Assembly (NCBI GenBank): GCA_013239625.1
Contig: MU054187.1
Span: 2,551,757-2,615,756 of the forward strand
Direction of reading: 5' to 3'
Source of the DNA: Lama guanicoe
Lineage: Eukaryota
DNA: 64,000 bases
Shown: piece after piece, positions 26,520-40,132 of the stretch
Layout of the letters: every line of letters starts with the position of its first letter
How positions within the stretch are numbered: position 1 is the first letter of the stretch
The notes under the pieces: model-generated
The model's database searches: none
What the model saw: only the letters and a program-made list of their open reading frames with translations
Told to the model about the DNA's origin: nothing
Program-made: the position numbers and the translations under genes

Positions 26520-27020
26520 GAAGATGTGGTGTATATATACACAGTGGAATACTACTCAGCCATCAGCCACGAAAAAGAATGAAGCAACGCCATTTGCAGC
26601 AACACGGGTGGACCTGGAGATGATCATTTTAAATGAAGTAAGTCAGACAGAAAGACAAATACCATATAATGTTGCTTATATGTGGAATCTAAAAAAAAAT
26701 AGAGATTTTATTTAAAAACCAGAAATAGACTCATGGACACAGAAAACAAACTGTGGTTACCAGCGGGGAAAGGTGGGGGAGGAATAGAGTAGTAGTCTGG
26801 GATTAACAGGTACACATTCCTGTATATAAAATAGATAAACAACAGAGACCTACTGTGTAGCACAGGGAACTATATTCAACTTCTTGTAATGGAAAAGAAT
26901 CTGAAAATATACATATGTATGTATGTATATGTATAGCTGAATCACTTTGCTGTACACCTGAAACCAACATTGTAAATCGACTACACTTCAGTAAAAAACA
27001 AGAATTAAAAAAAAAAAAAG
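26520..27020 (+). mobile_element. L1 3' end with polyA
   Basis: ggaatactactcagcc...gcacagggaactatattcaa...A-tail. Confidence 0.9.
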
Positions 27021-30000
27021 AAGCCTGGGAAAATGACAGAGGAAAAATTCCACCTGGCTTTGCCCCTCCCTCCCTGAGACTTGCATGTTGCTGCTCTCAG
27101 AGGCTGGTCATCTGAAAGACTCCCTTAGCTCCCTCCCTTAGCTGCCCCCCCTCCTTCCCCTTCCCCCTTTCCAAAAAGTAGCTGGGATTCTGTTCCAGTT
27201 TTGCAAACACCATTCTCACCCAGGTGCCAAGATAAACGGGCCGACAGGGTTCACTGTGAATAGTCCTGGAGGGTATTTGGTTAACCTTCCCCCAAAACCC
27301 GCTGACCCCACTCCCCCCAGGGTAGCTGCCTCAGAACCTGCTGCTCCCCGTGGGGGTGGGGCAGGTGACAAACCAGGAAGCCGAGACTTCTGCCAGGGTC
27401 TAGCAACAGCGCAGAGATCATCTGTGTGCTGTGAAGTGGTTTTCACACAAAACTGATAAAATCGTGCTGTTTTTGAAATTAAGGTGTTGGCATGGAGCAG
27501 GCACAAATGTGGACTAAATAAGTGATGATCTCATCCGGATTCAGAGCGGGTGGCCACAGTAGGCCTCCCTCGGGCTCCATCCCCGCCCCACAGTGGGGAA
27601 TATTGGGAGACACTGGTCAGTGTGTGCAAGAAAAATAACTGGAAGGTGAAGTGCCTTCTGATAGCATTTAAAACATTCTTCCAAAATACACAGATTTAAC
27701 GAAGAGAGGAAAAATTGAGCGACGATAACACTGTCGTCGGAAAACACAGCCTGTTTCTAGGGAAGCGGCGATGTTTTCCTTTGTCGTAAAAGCAGAATGT
27801 GACAGGGAACTTGAGGATCCAATTCCTGAACCCAAGAGTCAGGAGTTGAGTCAATTCCCTTGTTTTTGTAGATTTAACAAACGGCCTCAGAAGTCTATGT
27901 TCTTGGAGAAGCTTAGCCATTTTTGCCGCTTCACATCTTGAGTTTCCTAAATTACTTTTCTGTAAAAGTCCGTTTCATTTTTCATTATTATTAGACTTAA
28001 ATAAAAAAAGAAGCTTATGCCTCCCAAATCTCAGAAGACACATAACAAAAACGAAGCCAAGGGAGACAGATGACACCGCCCCTTTAGTGAGTAGGCTGAC
28101 GGCGGACCTGAAACAATTTCAGGTGTCATTTGTCCTTGGAGAACTTTTTGAGAACATTTTCCTTTACAAATGGGATGATATCTTTTTTTTCTTTATTGAA
28201 GTGCGGTCAGTGTACAGTGTTGGTTTTGGGTGTACAGCAGAGCAATTCAGTTATACATATATGTACATACATACGTATATATTTTGAGTTTCTTTTCCAT
28301 TAAGGCTCATTACAAGAAATTGAGTCTAGTTCCCTGTGCTGTGCCGCAGGTCCTGGTGGTTTATCTGCTTTATATATAGTAGTGTGTGTCTGTTAGCTAC
28401 AAATGGGGTGATGCGGGACCCTGCTGTTCTCCCTGAGCAGTGCACCCCCGACACATTTCCAGGACAGGAGTGTGTAGCCGCAGTGGTCCTGGGTGCTGCG
28501 TGGCTTCTGGGCTGGTCTGTCAACGTTAGCAGAAGGGGTGAACTTCTGCTTACAAGATAAATGGACAGGGGACGGACCGTCTGGCGTGGTGGCCACGGTC
28601 ACACTGCTGCGTGGTGTTGAGGAATGTGGTTAAGAGACAAGGTCCCAGGCATTCTCATCACAAGGAGAGTGTTTTTTCTTTTCTTCTTCTTGTATCTGTT
28701 GAGAAGATGGGTGTTAGCTGGACCACTGTGGTCATCTCTTCACAGTGTGTGTGAATCACACTATCATGCGGGATGCCTTCCACTTATCAGGGATGGACAT
28801 CAGTTGTTTGTCAGTAAAAGTGGGGAGAAAAGAGGGACAGAGTTCCTGCCGTGACAAAGCTTACAGTTCAGTGAGGGATAAAGAAACAGGGAACTGAGAC
28901 ACCACCCGGGTGTAAAGGGCAGGTGCGGGATAGAACCACGGCTTTCTGGAAAGAGGGGTATTTAAGCGGAGCCTTGAAAGATACGTGAGAATTAACCAGA
29001 CCAAGAGCCAAGGGAGGCTGTTTGGGGCAGAGGGGTCATGGGAAACCAAGTGGAGGTGGGTGTGGGTGTGGCCAGCGCACCTGCGGCACCAAGTCAAGGT
29101 GAGAGGTGACAGAAGCTCCCTACAACATGGCTAGGGAATCCAGATTTTAGCCCAGGTGCATCAAGAAGTTGTGAAAGGGTTTGAACAGGAGACCGACGAT
29201 CTGTTTGGAAGGATTATGTCGACTGAAGTTTGGGGAGGGGCTTGGCGGAGCGCCGGAGGTGACAGCGACACCAGGGAAGAGGCTGCTGTAGACTTTGGAA
29301 AGTGGACACAGAGAGTGGAGATGGAATCGAGATATTTAGGAAGTAGATGGGAAAGGACTTTCATTATGTCTGTAATGGGCATGGAGGTGCGTGGGTACGC
29401 CCCCCTAAGAAAGGACTTGCCCCCTGGGGGAGGTCTGCCAGCCACTCGGACCGCCTCCCCATGGCCCTTCCCGGCAGCTCACAGGCAGGGACTGAGTGAT
29501 GTGGCCCAGAGGCCGTTCCCGAGGGCTCCGTGAGGCTGTCCCTGGGCCTGCACCACGGCTGAGGTCCTCTCTACCTGGCCCTGCCTTCACCTGCTCCCCG
29601 AGGTGCCCACCCTAAGGGCACCGGGCGGTAGACAGAAGGAGGGTTTCTGGCGGCTTTGCTCCCTAGGGCTGGGACTGAGGCCGGAGAGCCAGGCTCGGGG
29701 TGGGGGGTGGGGAGCAGACGGGGACCGCATGGCCCCAGGGTGCTTGTGGCTGGTCCATCTGGAGACACCCAGTAGGTGAGTCACTGACCTTGGTTTTGAG
29801 GTGGGGTCTGCTGTGAAGCTGCATGGTCATGGCTGGATCTCTCTCTTAAATCGAAGTACGGGTGATGTACAGTATTGTGTAGTTTCTGGTGCGCCGTGTG
29901 AGGATTCAGTTACACGCACACACTCTTTCTCACTGCAGGTTATCACAGGTGGTTGACCAGCTCCCCGTGCTCTGCAGTAGGTCCTTGTTTATTTTTTTAA

Positions 30001-32235
30001 TTAATTTTTTTCACAGATGTGTTCTCTCCTGCTGTCTTTTCCTGGCATCTCTGTGCTCACGCTCTTTTGAAATACGTCCCGTTTCTTGAGTATGCTTTGC
30101 TCTCTTCAACCCCTGAGTCCTTATACCGTCTTCTCTGCCTGCCTGGAACGTTCTCCTTTTCTTCCCCGACCTAGTTTGTGCTCCTCCTCCTCACGCCGGG
30201 ACCTCTCCCCGGAAGGCGTCTCAGATGCGCCGGCTCTGGCTTAGGGACCTGACTGACGCCCTCGGGCCCCGAGGACCCGTATCCCGGCACGTAACGTTAT
30301 AGTGGCCGATTTCCTTCCTTGTGTTCTCCCCAAAGTGTATACGCTTCATGAGCAAAGGGACTTTGTCCGACTTGTTGAAAGCTTTATCCGCAGCACCTCC
30401 TGTGGTCCTGACACGGGAAGTGTCAATAAGTAATTGCTGAGTGAACCAATGATAATTGAAGGAAGGCCTTAGAAAGAGGTAGAGGACTGCCCAGGCTTAG
30501 CGCAGAGTCAGAGGCCGAGGAGTAAACAATGATACGAGGGGGCGTGGCCACCAGGTAAGGGTAATTTATGTGCTAAGTTAACCAGAATTTGTTAAACTAG
30601 CACTGTTGGACATTTAGGTCCTCCCAGCATTTTCTTAGAGATCTGTTATTACAAACAAGGCTGTTATAAACGCTCTTCTCCGTATAGATTTTGTGTGTAT
30701 TTCAAAGTATATGCTTGGGATAACTGGGTAAAAGTGAAATTTCTGTGTCAAAAATTTCATATTATTAGATTTTTGATATCTGTCAATGACCTTTTGTCCA
30801 CTAGAAACATGGTTTTATTTTTGTGCTTATACCCAGCCCTGAATTATTTAACATTTCTGATGCAAAGTTTTCATGTATCTATTCAGTTTCAAAAATTGTG
30901 GTACAACGCACATATCATAAACCTGACCCTTTAAACCATTTTAAGTGTGCAAGTCAGGGGCATTAAGCACATTCAGAATATAAAGCAACCACCATCACTG
31001 TCCACCTCCAGCACTTCTCTTCATCATCCCAAACAAAGCCCGTGTGTTCTAAGCAAGGCCTCCCCAGTCCTCTCTCCCATTTTTTGGGAGAGGATTTGTT
31101 GTATGTTTGGGAAGAAATTTGGGGTTTAATTGCATTTTCATCCAGCAATGGGAATGTTAATTGACTCTTAAAACCTTCCGATTCTGCATTAAGCCAACCC
31201 TTGGGAACATGGTTGAACAGAGCTTTGAGAAAACAATATTCAGGCCCATGTGCCATAAAATAAAGAGCCCTTAGGATTGTTTTTCTTTTTTTTTTTTTAG
31301 ACCCAGGGGAGCATTCTCTTGCAGTACTCAACAGCGCCTCAACTTGAGAGATTTTTTTTTCCAGCTCACAGTTTGAAATAAGCAAAGACCAACATCTTTA
31401 GGATTTTGGAAGTTTGTCCCAAGCTAGAAATAAGACACAGGAGGGTTCTCGTTGCTTCTGCAGGTGAAATTCTTCGTCCTAAATTTTGATGATTAAGTTT
31501 GATGAGGTGGCGTGTACCTAAGTGGTAGCCGTTTTAAGAAGACCATAAACATTCCGTTTCTGCTTTGAGATGCTTTTCCAGAGAAGAGAGATTCACACTG
31601 ATTGTCACAGCTCCATAGCAGCTTCTGGGGGCTTCCATGAGAAGTCAGAATGACCGGGGAGAGGTTGAGAGACTCTGGGATGGGAGGAGCGTCTGTCTGC
31701 GACCCGGTGGGGACCCTGAGGTTAAGGTGTGTCCAAGACCACTGGAAACAATGGCCATTTGCAGCTCTGCCTGGTCCTGGCTCTGGGCTATCTTTCGCTG
31801 TGAGAATTACTAAGCAAAAAGGAATTGTATTGAAACTCTGGGCAAAACAGGAGGAGAATTTATGGAGGATTAACTTTCTTTCATCTTCTTACCTTTCAAA
31901 TCGGGGGACAAGCCCAACACACTGAATTAAGGGGAGGAGCCTTCTTAAAGGCTTTGAAGTTTTTCTTTGCAAAACAGGGTTGAATTTATCTGAACTCTTT
32001 CCCTTCAAAGTAAAAGCCTGATAAGCAAACGATTTCCTTTGTGCATTCCTCTTTCTTCATGAATTAACAGAGATTATGCGGTAAAAAAAATGGACCTGAT
32101 ATGAAGTGGGGCAAGCCGACCCTTTAGAATATTAATTAGTGCTGATGAGCTCATGTAAATGACAGAACGTTTTAAAAAAAATTGGACCATTTATTTTATT
32201 GTACTATTGATTTATTTATTGATTTATTTATGGCT

Positions 32236-32497
32236 GGTGATTAGGTTTATTTGTTTATTTAGATGGCAGTTCTGGGGATTGAACCCAGGACCTTGTGCAT
32301 GTTAAGCATGCTATCTTCCACTGAGCTATACCCTCCCCTCAAGAACAGTTTTTTTTTTATGATTAAAAAGTTTTTGGCGGGGGGCGGGGAGGAGTGTGTG
32401 GCTAAAGTGGTAGAGCACGTGCTTAGCGTGCACGAGGTCCTGGGTTCAATCCCCAGTACCTCCATTAAAAAAATTAACTAATGATTTCTCCCCCACC
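32236..32497. mobile_element. Two tRNA-derived SINEs, head-to-head (minus 32236-32339, plus ~32385-32497)
   Basis: ggggattgaacccaggacc...ctgagctataccctcccc then gctaaagtggtagagc...ggtcctgggttcaatccccag. Confidence 0.9.
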
Positions 32498-32999
32498 TAA
32501 AAAAAGTTTCCCTTCTGCACTTTGGAAGCAGCATAAAAACCTTAGGATGGTGATAAGGTTAACAGGGGAAAAAAATCCAGAGGAGACTGACCCTGAGATG
32601 TCTGCATCTCGCTCTACTTAAATTCAGCCACAGCCGTCCCATGGTGGGGCTCTTATGTTAAAGTGTCTGAAGAAATAAACAGCAAAGCGGGTGTAGGAGT
32701 GTTTCATAATAGCCAAAACTGATGTCTGACGCAGGTCACCAGTTTTGAAGGCCACAGCACCTTCAGAATACTTTCTGGATTGCGTGCGTGCCCTGCAGTG
32801 GGCTCAGAGCGGCTTGGGTCTGGCTGGCTCTTGGTCCCCCACCCCACACAGCCTCTCTGGGACTCAGCATCCTCCTCTGTGCAGCGAGGATGAGACTGCC
32901 GGGACAATCAGGAAACTGCTTCTGATGGTGGGAGGGCGCATGGGATTGTCAGAGATGCTCACTTTATCTACTACCCCCCCCACTATGGTTGCTTTCTTT

Positions 33000-33470
33000 C
33001 TTTTTTTCCTCTCTTGTTTTTAAATTGAAGTACAGTTGATTTACAATATTGTGTTAGTTTCAGCTGTACAGCATAGTGATTCAGTTATGTCTTTTTTCAG
33101 ATTCTTTTCCATTATAAGTTATTACAAGATATTGACTATAGTTGCCTGTGTTGTATGGTAAGTTCTTGTTTATCTATTTTATATGTAATAGTTTTATCTC
33201 TTAATCCCATACCCCTAATTTATCGCTACCCCCTTTCCCCTTTGGTAACCACAAGTTTGTTTTCTATGTTTGTGAATCTTTCTGTTTTGTAAATAAGTTA
33301 ATTTGTACTATTTTTTTAGCTTCCACATATAGGTGATATCATATAATATTTGTCTTTCTCTGACTTAAATCACTCAGTACAATAATCTCTAGATCCATCC
33401 ATGTTGTTGCAAATGACAGTATCTCATTCTTTTTTATGGCTGAGTGGTATTCCATGACATATATATGTAT
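33000..33470 (-). mobile_element. L1 3' end
   Basis: ccctttggtaaccacaagtttgttttctatg block. Confidence 0.88.
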
Positions 33471-35686
33471 AATGGAGGCCATTCTGATCCTTCATGTGGG
33501 GTCTGTTTGTTTGCGCTTAATTTTTTCTTTCTGGAAGAGTATAGAATTTTTTCTTTGTCTCATCTTTTTTTCCCCATATATATTCTTTTTTTTATACTCC
33601 CTGTTCTGTGGTTGCAGTATCTTCTCTTATTTAATATTGGTTTTTTTGGGCAATGTCTTTCCTCTGTGTAGTCTCTTTTCTTTTTTCAAGTAACTTTCTT
33701 CTGTTTCTCTCTCTCTCTGTCATTCTTTGATGAATTTCCTCAGCTATTTGGTAACCTGGTTTTGTGCTCATATCGGGGGAGACTAAAAAATAGATTGGAT
33801 GCTCTGATAAGAAAGCCTTTGCTGTCGGGGGGTGGGCCTGGGCTGGTGAATTACACATTGCTCATGCCTGTGTTTTAGGTGTTTCTCCCCAAGCAGGTCA
33901 CATTCTCTGGAGAAGACATCCTGTCTTCTGCCAGGAAGGGGAGGCCTGCCCACCAGCCTGGGAGGCCGAGAGGGGAGGGTAACGGGGCCTCAGCCACCAA
34001 CCCCTGGTCTCCACGGTGTGGACCCGCCCCGTGCACGGTTTTAATGCTCCTGTGAGAGGAACCCTCGGTTTTTGCTCTGGTTGGGAGGTGACTGGTGATC
34101 TGACGGCTGCTTGTGTAGACTTCCCAAGTCCCCCACCCCCACCTCCCGAGGTCCCAGTGGGGCGGTTCCAGAGGTTTCCACAGACTCGTTTTAGTCAGTT
34201 GGACTCTTCACTCTCTTTTTAGGGTTTTGTTGTCTGGGGGCCGCTAGTTCATTCTCTTCCACCCGTCTGCTTTCTCGCACCCAGAATCACTGCTGTTAAC
34301 GCCTGTTTCGTCCTTCCTTGCGGATTTCTGCATTGACAGCTCTCCTTCCTGCCATTTCAGGGGAGCCCCAGAGCGCCAAAAGTAGGGGGCGTCCTCTCCT
34401 GCGGCCTCTGCTGCAGAGAGTCTTTGCACGGGTCCTTGTTATGGTTTTTGTGACTGTCGTCTTCTCCCCAGGCCTTTTCCTTTCATTCCTTATCTGTCCT
34501 GTAGCAAAGCAGTTAGGAGAGCGTTTGCCCCTCATACTAGACAAACTATCTTTGAATGATACATTTCAGACCATTCATCTGACAAAAATTATTCTGCTTT
34601 CTTCATTTTGATGACACAGACACAGACAGGGAAAGAAAGATTACATGACAGACCAGAGTTGAGAAGAGAGCAGGTCAAATGTCATACAGTAGCTGACGAA
34701 CTTCCATTCTAAGGGCAGGTGTACGGTCACACTTACATTCTCAAGGAATGGTGCTCACCATCTGCCAAGACGGCCAAAGCCCTTAGAATAACCCTGCAGC
34801 AAAAATGTTTTTAGGCATCTGTTGGCCTAGTGGCATAATACAGCATAAGTCCTGCAAAGGGGGAATCTGCTAAGGCTTGTTGACCTGTGTTTTTGACAAT
34901 ACCTTACTTCTGAGAGTGGTGGTGAGGTGGTGATGAAAGCAGTATTTGGAGCATGGCATGAAAGAGGAGATCGCTTTACAGTCTTACCTAGTGCAGCATC
35001 ACTCTAACCCGATCATTAGTGCTTCTCTGCAATGCAGACAGAAACCTGCGATCCCGTGACACTGGGGACTGCTGTTTGCTTTTTGGCACCTAAAAAAAAG
35101 TCACTCAATTCATGGAAAGCCTATGGTGTCCTTGATTTCCACCAGAAGCTTAGAAGCATTCTGAGAACTCTGAGGAAAACCAAAGAAGACAGCACCCCGA
35201 ATTCAGAGTGACAGATCTGCAGGGGGGCCAGAGCCACGTCACACACTGCAGCCAAAGTTCCTGCCTCCGCCTCTATTCACCGACTGGATAATTAAGCCAC
35301 TAAAATGAAAGCCAGTAAGAAAAAGAGGAAAGAACACAGATCAGGAAACAAAGGAAAGTGTTTAACATTTATTGCACGTGTGTCCAAGTAAATAGCATTT
35401 ACTGGTATGAGTGAGGCATCTTCGTGGGCCTCAGTGCAGGCTCTGGGGGTAGCGTGTTGAAATCGGAGTCTTTGCCATGTAATTTCCTTTGCTGAACAGA
35501 AACCTTAAAAGGAACTATAATTGGGAATTTAACACAGGCAAAGTCCTAAGCTCGGGCTTTTCTGTGAAGAGTGCTATTACTATGTCAGATAGCCGCTGCC
35601 TTCCAGGAAAATCCACCTGTCGTGTGCCATTCCTGTGGCCACATACTCCGCCGGGAGCTTGCTGTGAATAAATGCGCACATGTGGG

Positions 35687-36262
35687 CAGTCCTCATTTTC
35701 ACAGATTCTGTTCTTGTGAATTTGCACACTTGCTGGCGTTTATTTGTGACCTCCAGAGCCGTGCTTGCTGCACCTTCCCCGTCATTGGCAGACTTGCGCA
35801 GGGCGGGGAAAATCTGTTTCCCACTGAGCCTTTTCCAGCCGAGGGGGAAACAGGGGAGCTGCCTTCCTGCTCCAGCTATCACTGTCAATGTGTGTCCTTT
35901 TCTCGGTCTATTTAGTGCCACGTTTTTGCATTTCTGTTGGTGATTCCACGGCTTAAAACGTCTCCCAGGTGTTGGGCGGAAGTGCTGTCTGTTGTCCTAA
36001 GTGCAGGGCGGCTGTGATGTGTCTTAAGGAGAAGCTTTGCTCAGGCCAGGGTTACAGCACTGAGTTCAAGTTAATGCATCAGAAATACGCATGGAGTAGG
36101 GGGTCTTTAAACAACACACATAAAACATGGTTGTGTGTTGATCCGTTGATGCAAATGTTGTGACCAGAGACAGAGGAAAGACCGTTATTTCCCCAAGGAG
36201 CAATTACAGTATTTGCTCAGTGTTGGCGGTGACTTTATAGAACACGACTACTGCGAACAGGG
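35687..36262 (+). mobile_element. MER82-like TcMar-Tigger element
   Basis: Blocks such as gtgtccttttctcggtctatttagtgccacgttttt, aaatgttgtgaccagag and gactttatagaaca match the recalled MER82 consensus. Confidence 0.75.
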
Positions 36263-36414
36263 CACATGTACATACACACATACGTACGTAGTACACCCGT
36301 GTGCACACACGCAGAAAGCTGTCTTCAAGGAAAATCAATCGAGTGGAGAAGATAAAAATATAAGAATAAAAGAAGCAATACAAATGGAAGCATTTGAGTG
36401 ACAACTTAAAGAGG

Positions 36415-36672
36415 CTAAAACGGGTTGGCAGCTGAATGGAGAATGAATGAATCCAGCAAACTGGTTCTTGGAATCCAAGTAAAAATCTTCCCTGGCAACG
36501 AAAGGGAGCACGATGCCCACTGCTTGGCTGCTTTCTGCTTGTTTTTCAGTGCGAGCAAAGCCGTATCCAAAATAAGGAGGGACGCATTCATGTTACATAA
36601 GAGCCTTCCTTGTGGAGAGACTTCCCTCGTTTTCCTCTGTAGCAAGAGCGCTGTCTGATCTTTTCCTGCCAT
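36415..36672 (-). pseudogene. Candidate 3' exon of the RGS22-like pseudogene
   Basis: Acceptor tttcaatcgccctcttag| followed by an 85-codon open frame. Position is consistent but no homology recognised. Confidence 0.2.
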
Positions 36673-37080
36673 CTAAGAGGGCGATTGAAACCGCTGCTTA
36701 ATGTCCCCTGGGCAAGTCCAGGTGCCCTGAAAGTGACAGATAATCTGCCTTTCTGCCAAGCGTCAATTCTTGCTTTTCCTTTTGAGCAGTGGACCAAAGC
36801 GTCCAGGTGGAGACTTTAAAACCAGAGTTTGTGACTACTAGATGAAAAAGTTAACTTAAAAGGGCCATTCTCAGAGGAGGGTGATGCAAACCACTTTGAC
36901 CTTTTGTCAGATGCTTGAAGCCCCTTCAGAAATTCTGGCTGAGACTCACAGAAGAGAGTTCACAGCTTAGGTATAATGATACTCTTGAGTCCATTAATTT
37001 AAAAAAATTTTTTTAAAAAAATCACTATTTTCTTCTAGTTTTATTGAGATGTAATTGACATAGAGCACTGTATGCTTTTT

Positions 37081-37200
37081 GGGGGGGGATAATTAGATTT
37101 TTAAATTTTATTTTATTTATTTTTAGTGGAGGTCGTGGGGATTGAATCCAGGTCCTTGTACATGCTAGGTACACACTCTATCACTGAGCTATGCCTGCCT
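37081..37200 (-). mobile_element. tRNA-derived SINE
   Basis: ggggattgaatccaggtcc...ctgagctatgcc. Confidence 0.85.
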
Positions 37201-37684
37201 TCTTGAGTCCATTAATTCACTGTTTCTAGAATTTGATCACTGACCCGCAGGCTTTGTTCATGGGGAACACATTGAATTGTTTATTCTTTTTCATTTCTTC
37301 TTTGTCCACATCTGGTGCTCTTACGTTATCTCCCCAGAAGCACATTCAGCTCCCTTTGGCTGGCTCTCTCCCTTCCCGGTGGGTTGGTTCATCAGTCCAG
37401 TACCTTTACACTGGAACAACTCACCCCAGGTGTCCCCCAGCTTACCCCTGTGTCCCCAGTTCCTCTCCTGACTCCTCAGCTCTTCCAGTCAATTCCCAAT
37501 GTCATTCTTCTAGGTCAGACTTGATCTCCCATCTCGGATCGCCTGGTCTTAGCTTTTCCCAGAGCATTTGTCCTGCCAGACCCACAGGTAGTATAAAGAG
37601 AACTTAGAACAGCTTATCTGAGCTCGGTCATTGTTAAATGCCCTTGGTCTCAGTGAGCATGACCGAGAAGAGGAAGTCCCTCAC

Positions 37685-37967
37685 CCACGGAACAATGAGC
37701 GGGTGGCCTTGGCAAGAGCAGCCTTCCCAACTGTACATTTCCTTGGTGATGGCTGCCATTATGTGAACCCCCCCATTTCTTCAATTTCAGATCCCCAGAC
37801 CTTGGATTCTCTTGCTTTTGGCTTTGAAAATTAGTTTGCTTAATGAAGAGTTTATGTCTTGTGTTTTCTTTTCTCATCCTTCTGCAGGAGCCTTTGTTAC
37901 TACATCCTTAAAAAGTTACCATGGTACCTGAATGATGTTCACAAATTTTACTTTAGCAACAGGATAC
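37685..37967 (-). pseudogene. RGS22-like exon remnant (end of last RGS module)
   Basis: Acceptor tcctcttaatccttttag| and donor TGG|GTGAGG. Phase-1 join with 39859 gives SQ-R-IL ~ AQKII; IQVPW*LFKD resembles an RGS terminal helix. Confidence 0.5.
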
Positions 37968-37998
37968 CTAAAAGGATTAAGAGGACAAATGAGAGGGA

Positions 37999-38372
37999 TG
38001 GATACTGAATATAGTTCCCTGTGCTGTACAGTAGAAACTTGTTGTATATTTTATATACAGTAATCAGTATCTGCAGATCTCGAACTCCCAATTTATCCCT
38101 TCCCACCCCCTTTTCCTCCCTGGTAACCATAAGTTTGTTTTCTATGTCTGTGAGTCTGTTTCTGTTTTGTAAATAAGTTCATCTGTGCCTTTTTGTTTTT
38201 CAGATTCCAAATATAAACAATATCGTATAGTATTTTTCTTTCTCTTTCGGGCTTACTTCACTTAGAATGACAGTCTCCAGGTCCATCCATGTTACTGCAA
38301 ATGGCATTATTTTATTCTTTTTTATGGCTGAGTAGTATTCCATTGTGTAAATATACCACAGCTTTTTTACCA
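37999..38372 (-). mobile_element. L1 3' fragment
   Basis: MEYYSAIKKNKIMPFAVTWMDLE on the minus strand. Confidence 0.9.
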
Positions 38373-39858
38373 GCCACCTGTACTTGAACGTCAGAACAGC
38401 CGCCTCTGTGCTGTGAGCAGCGGTGCCTGCTGCATTGCTGTTTTCTTGCTGTCCTGCTGAGCCGCGCACCGTCACATGCACTGACACATGCACAGCTGCT
38501 CTAGGGCCTGTGGCATTTGGCTCGTTTCTAATTTTTGATTATTGGAAATAAGGCTGTGACGAACCCTTGTGCAGGGCCCCGTGCCTGCGTGCTAGCGTTT
38601 CCCCAAGTTCTGTCCGCGAGTGTCATTGATCGGTCACTTTGTATGCAAGTCTCCTACCTTAGAGGACAACATGAAGCTTTTTTCCAAAGAGGTTTTTACC
38701 ACCCTGTGCTCTCACTAAGCTAATCAGCGTTCACTGATCGCCTGCAGTCTGTTCAGGTCTTGAGGGGAAAACAGTAAACAAAACAGATGAATCCATGGGC
38801 TCATTACTTTTACTTTTCAATAGATGGTGACAAATAATAAATAAGGACATAGCATTCTAAGTGATTAAAAAGACTGGAACAATGACATGTAGGAAGGGGG
38901 CAGGGGGGAGGGCAGGCTGCTCCTTTAAGCACGATAATTGGGGTGGACTTTCTGTCTCTCCGAGGAGGTTAAGGTCAGACTGAAAGAACTGTGCCCTGAT
39001 GTTGGTTTGAGTTTCCACGTGTTGGTTACTGCTGATGTGGGTTTTTACACACATTGTCTTGGCTGCTTGGATTTTCCCTTTTATGAAGTGCCTATTCAAG
39101 TCTTTTGCCCATTTTTGTATCATCTTCCCTTATTTTCTTATCAACTCCTTAAAAGTGGTTAATTCGCTTACTGGGGTCTCTTGGCGAACCCACTTAGTAT
39201 GTAGTCAGACTCCGCCGTCTTCCCTGCGTGAAGCTGTGCTTGTTGCCGAGTTCTTTCCCTCTGACTTGGTTTCTTGGTGGGAGCCCTAGTGCTGATGCCC
39301 AGCGCTGCCCAGTGGGCAGCGTATGCTCAGATGCCAGGCTGAGGCTTCCAGTGACGGGCCTGGGCTGCTGGGCCGGTGTCCTTGACCTGCCCTCACTTTC
39401 CCAGGGCGCCATGCCAAATGGCGCCTTCTTGCTCCCTGAGCCACTGGGTGATGGCGTAGCCCACCGCGTGCCACCCCGGCCTCTGTGCCCTGGAAGATGC
39501 TGTCCCCCCACCCCCCACCTGCAAACACACTTCCCATCTGCTCTGCTGCTTTTCTTCCCACCTCCTTTGGGAAATGCCCAGCCACCCTGGAGTCCCTCCT
39601 GGTCGCCACCCCCAACCTGAGCTTGGGTTGGGACCCCTCATTGGTCTTCCTGTTGCATCCATTCTATTCTGTCATCACCTCCCTCACCACAATGCCTGCA
39701 AAGCATTAGTGCCTTAAAAAGGAGGAAAGGTCTTGGCGCGCTGTGCTGGGTACTCCAGGAGGCTCAGGGCAGCCAGCTAATCCTCGGGAGCCCAACGCCC
39801 AGCACAGGGCTCAGCGCACGGTGGGCACTGATTAATGGTTGTTGATGTGGAAGTTAAC

Positions 39859-40132
39859 GCTGAGACGTATCCTCAGGGTCATCGGCCTAATGAGTTGTTG
39901 GCTGGCTGCATTTGAGGCAAGCCATTTATGAAGGTGAGGACTTTGTCTTGTACCATTGACTCAATGTAGAATTTGTTTCCCAGCACACAGGGGCGGGTAG
40001 TGGTTTGAGGTGGACGGGAGGAACAGGGAACACTGGGAAGTCTGCTAGGACCACGACCGGCCCTCAGAGCCGGGTCGAATGCTGGGTGAAGGCCACGATC
40101 AAGTCCTCGGGAGCAATGGCTGCCCTGGGTCC
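39859..40132 (-). pseudogene. RGS22-like exon remnant (last RGS module)
   Basis: Acceptor cttgtttcttcag|. SNHYPPLC ~ VQKYKDLC; ESMVQDKVLTFINGL (39918-39962) ~ ESVIQKKITTIINCF; shifted SQPTTH*ADDPEDTSQ ~ SSIPPALQIDIPVEQAQ. Confidence 0.7.

Noticed and set aside
25711..27920. Short minus-strand ORFs at 25711-25974 and 27696-27920 as further exons
   Set aside because: No recognisable homology and no convincing paired splice sites.
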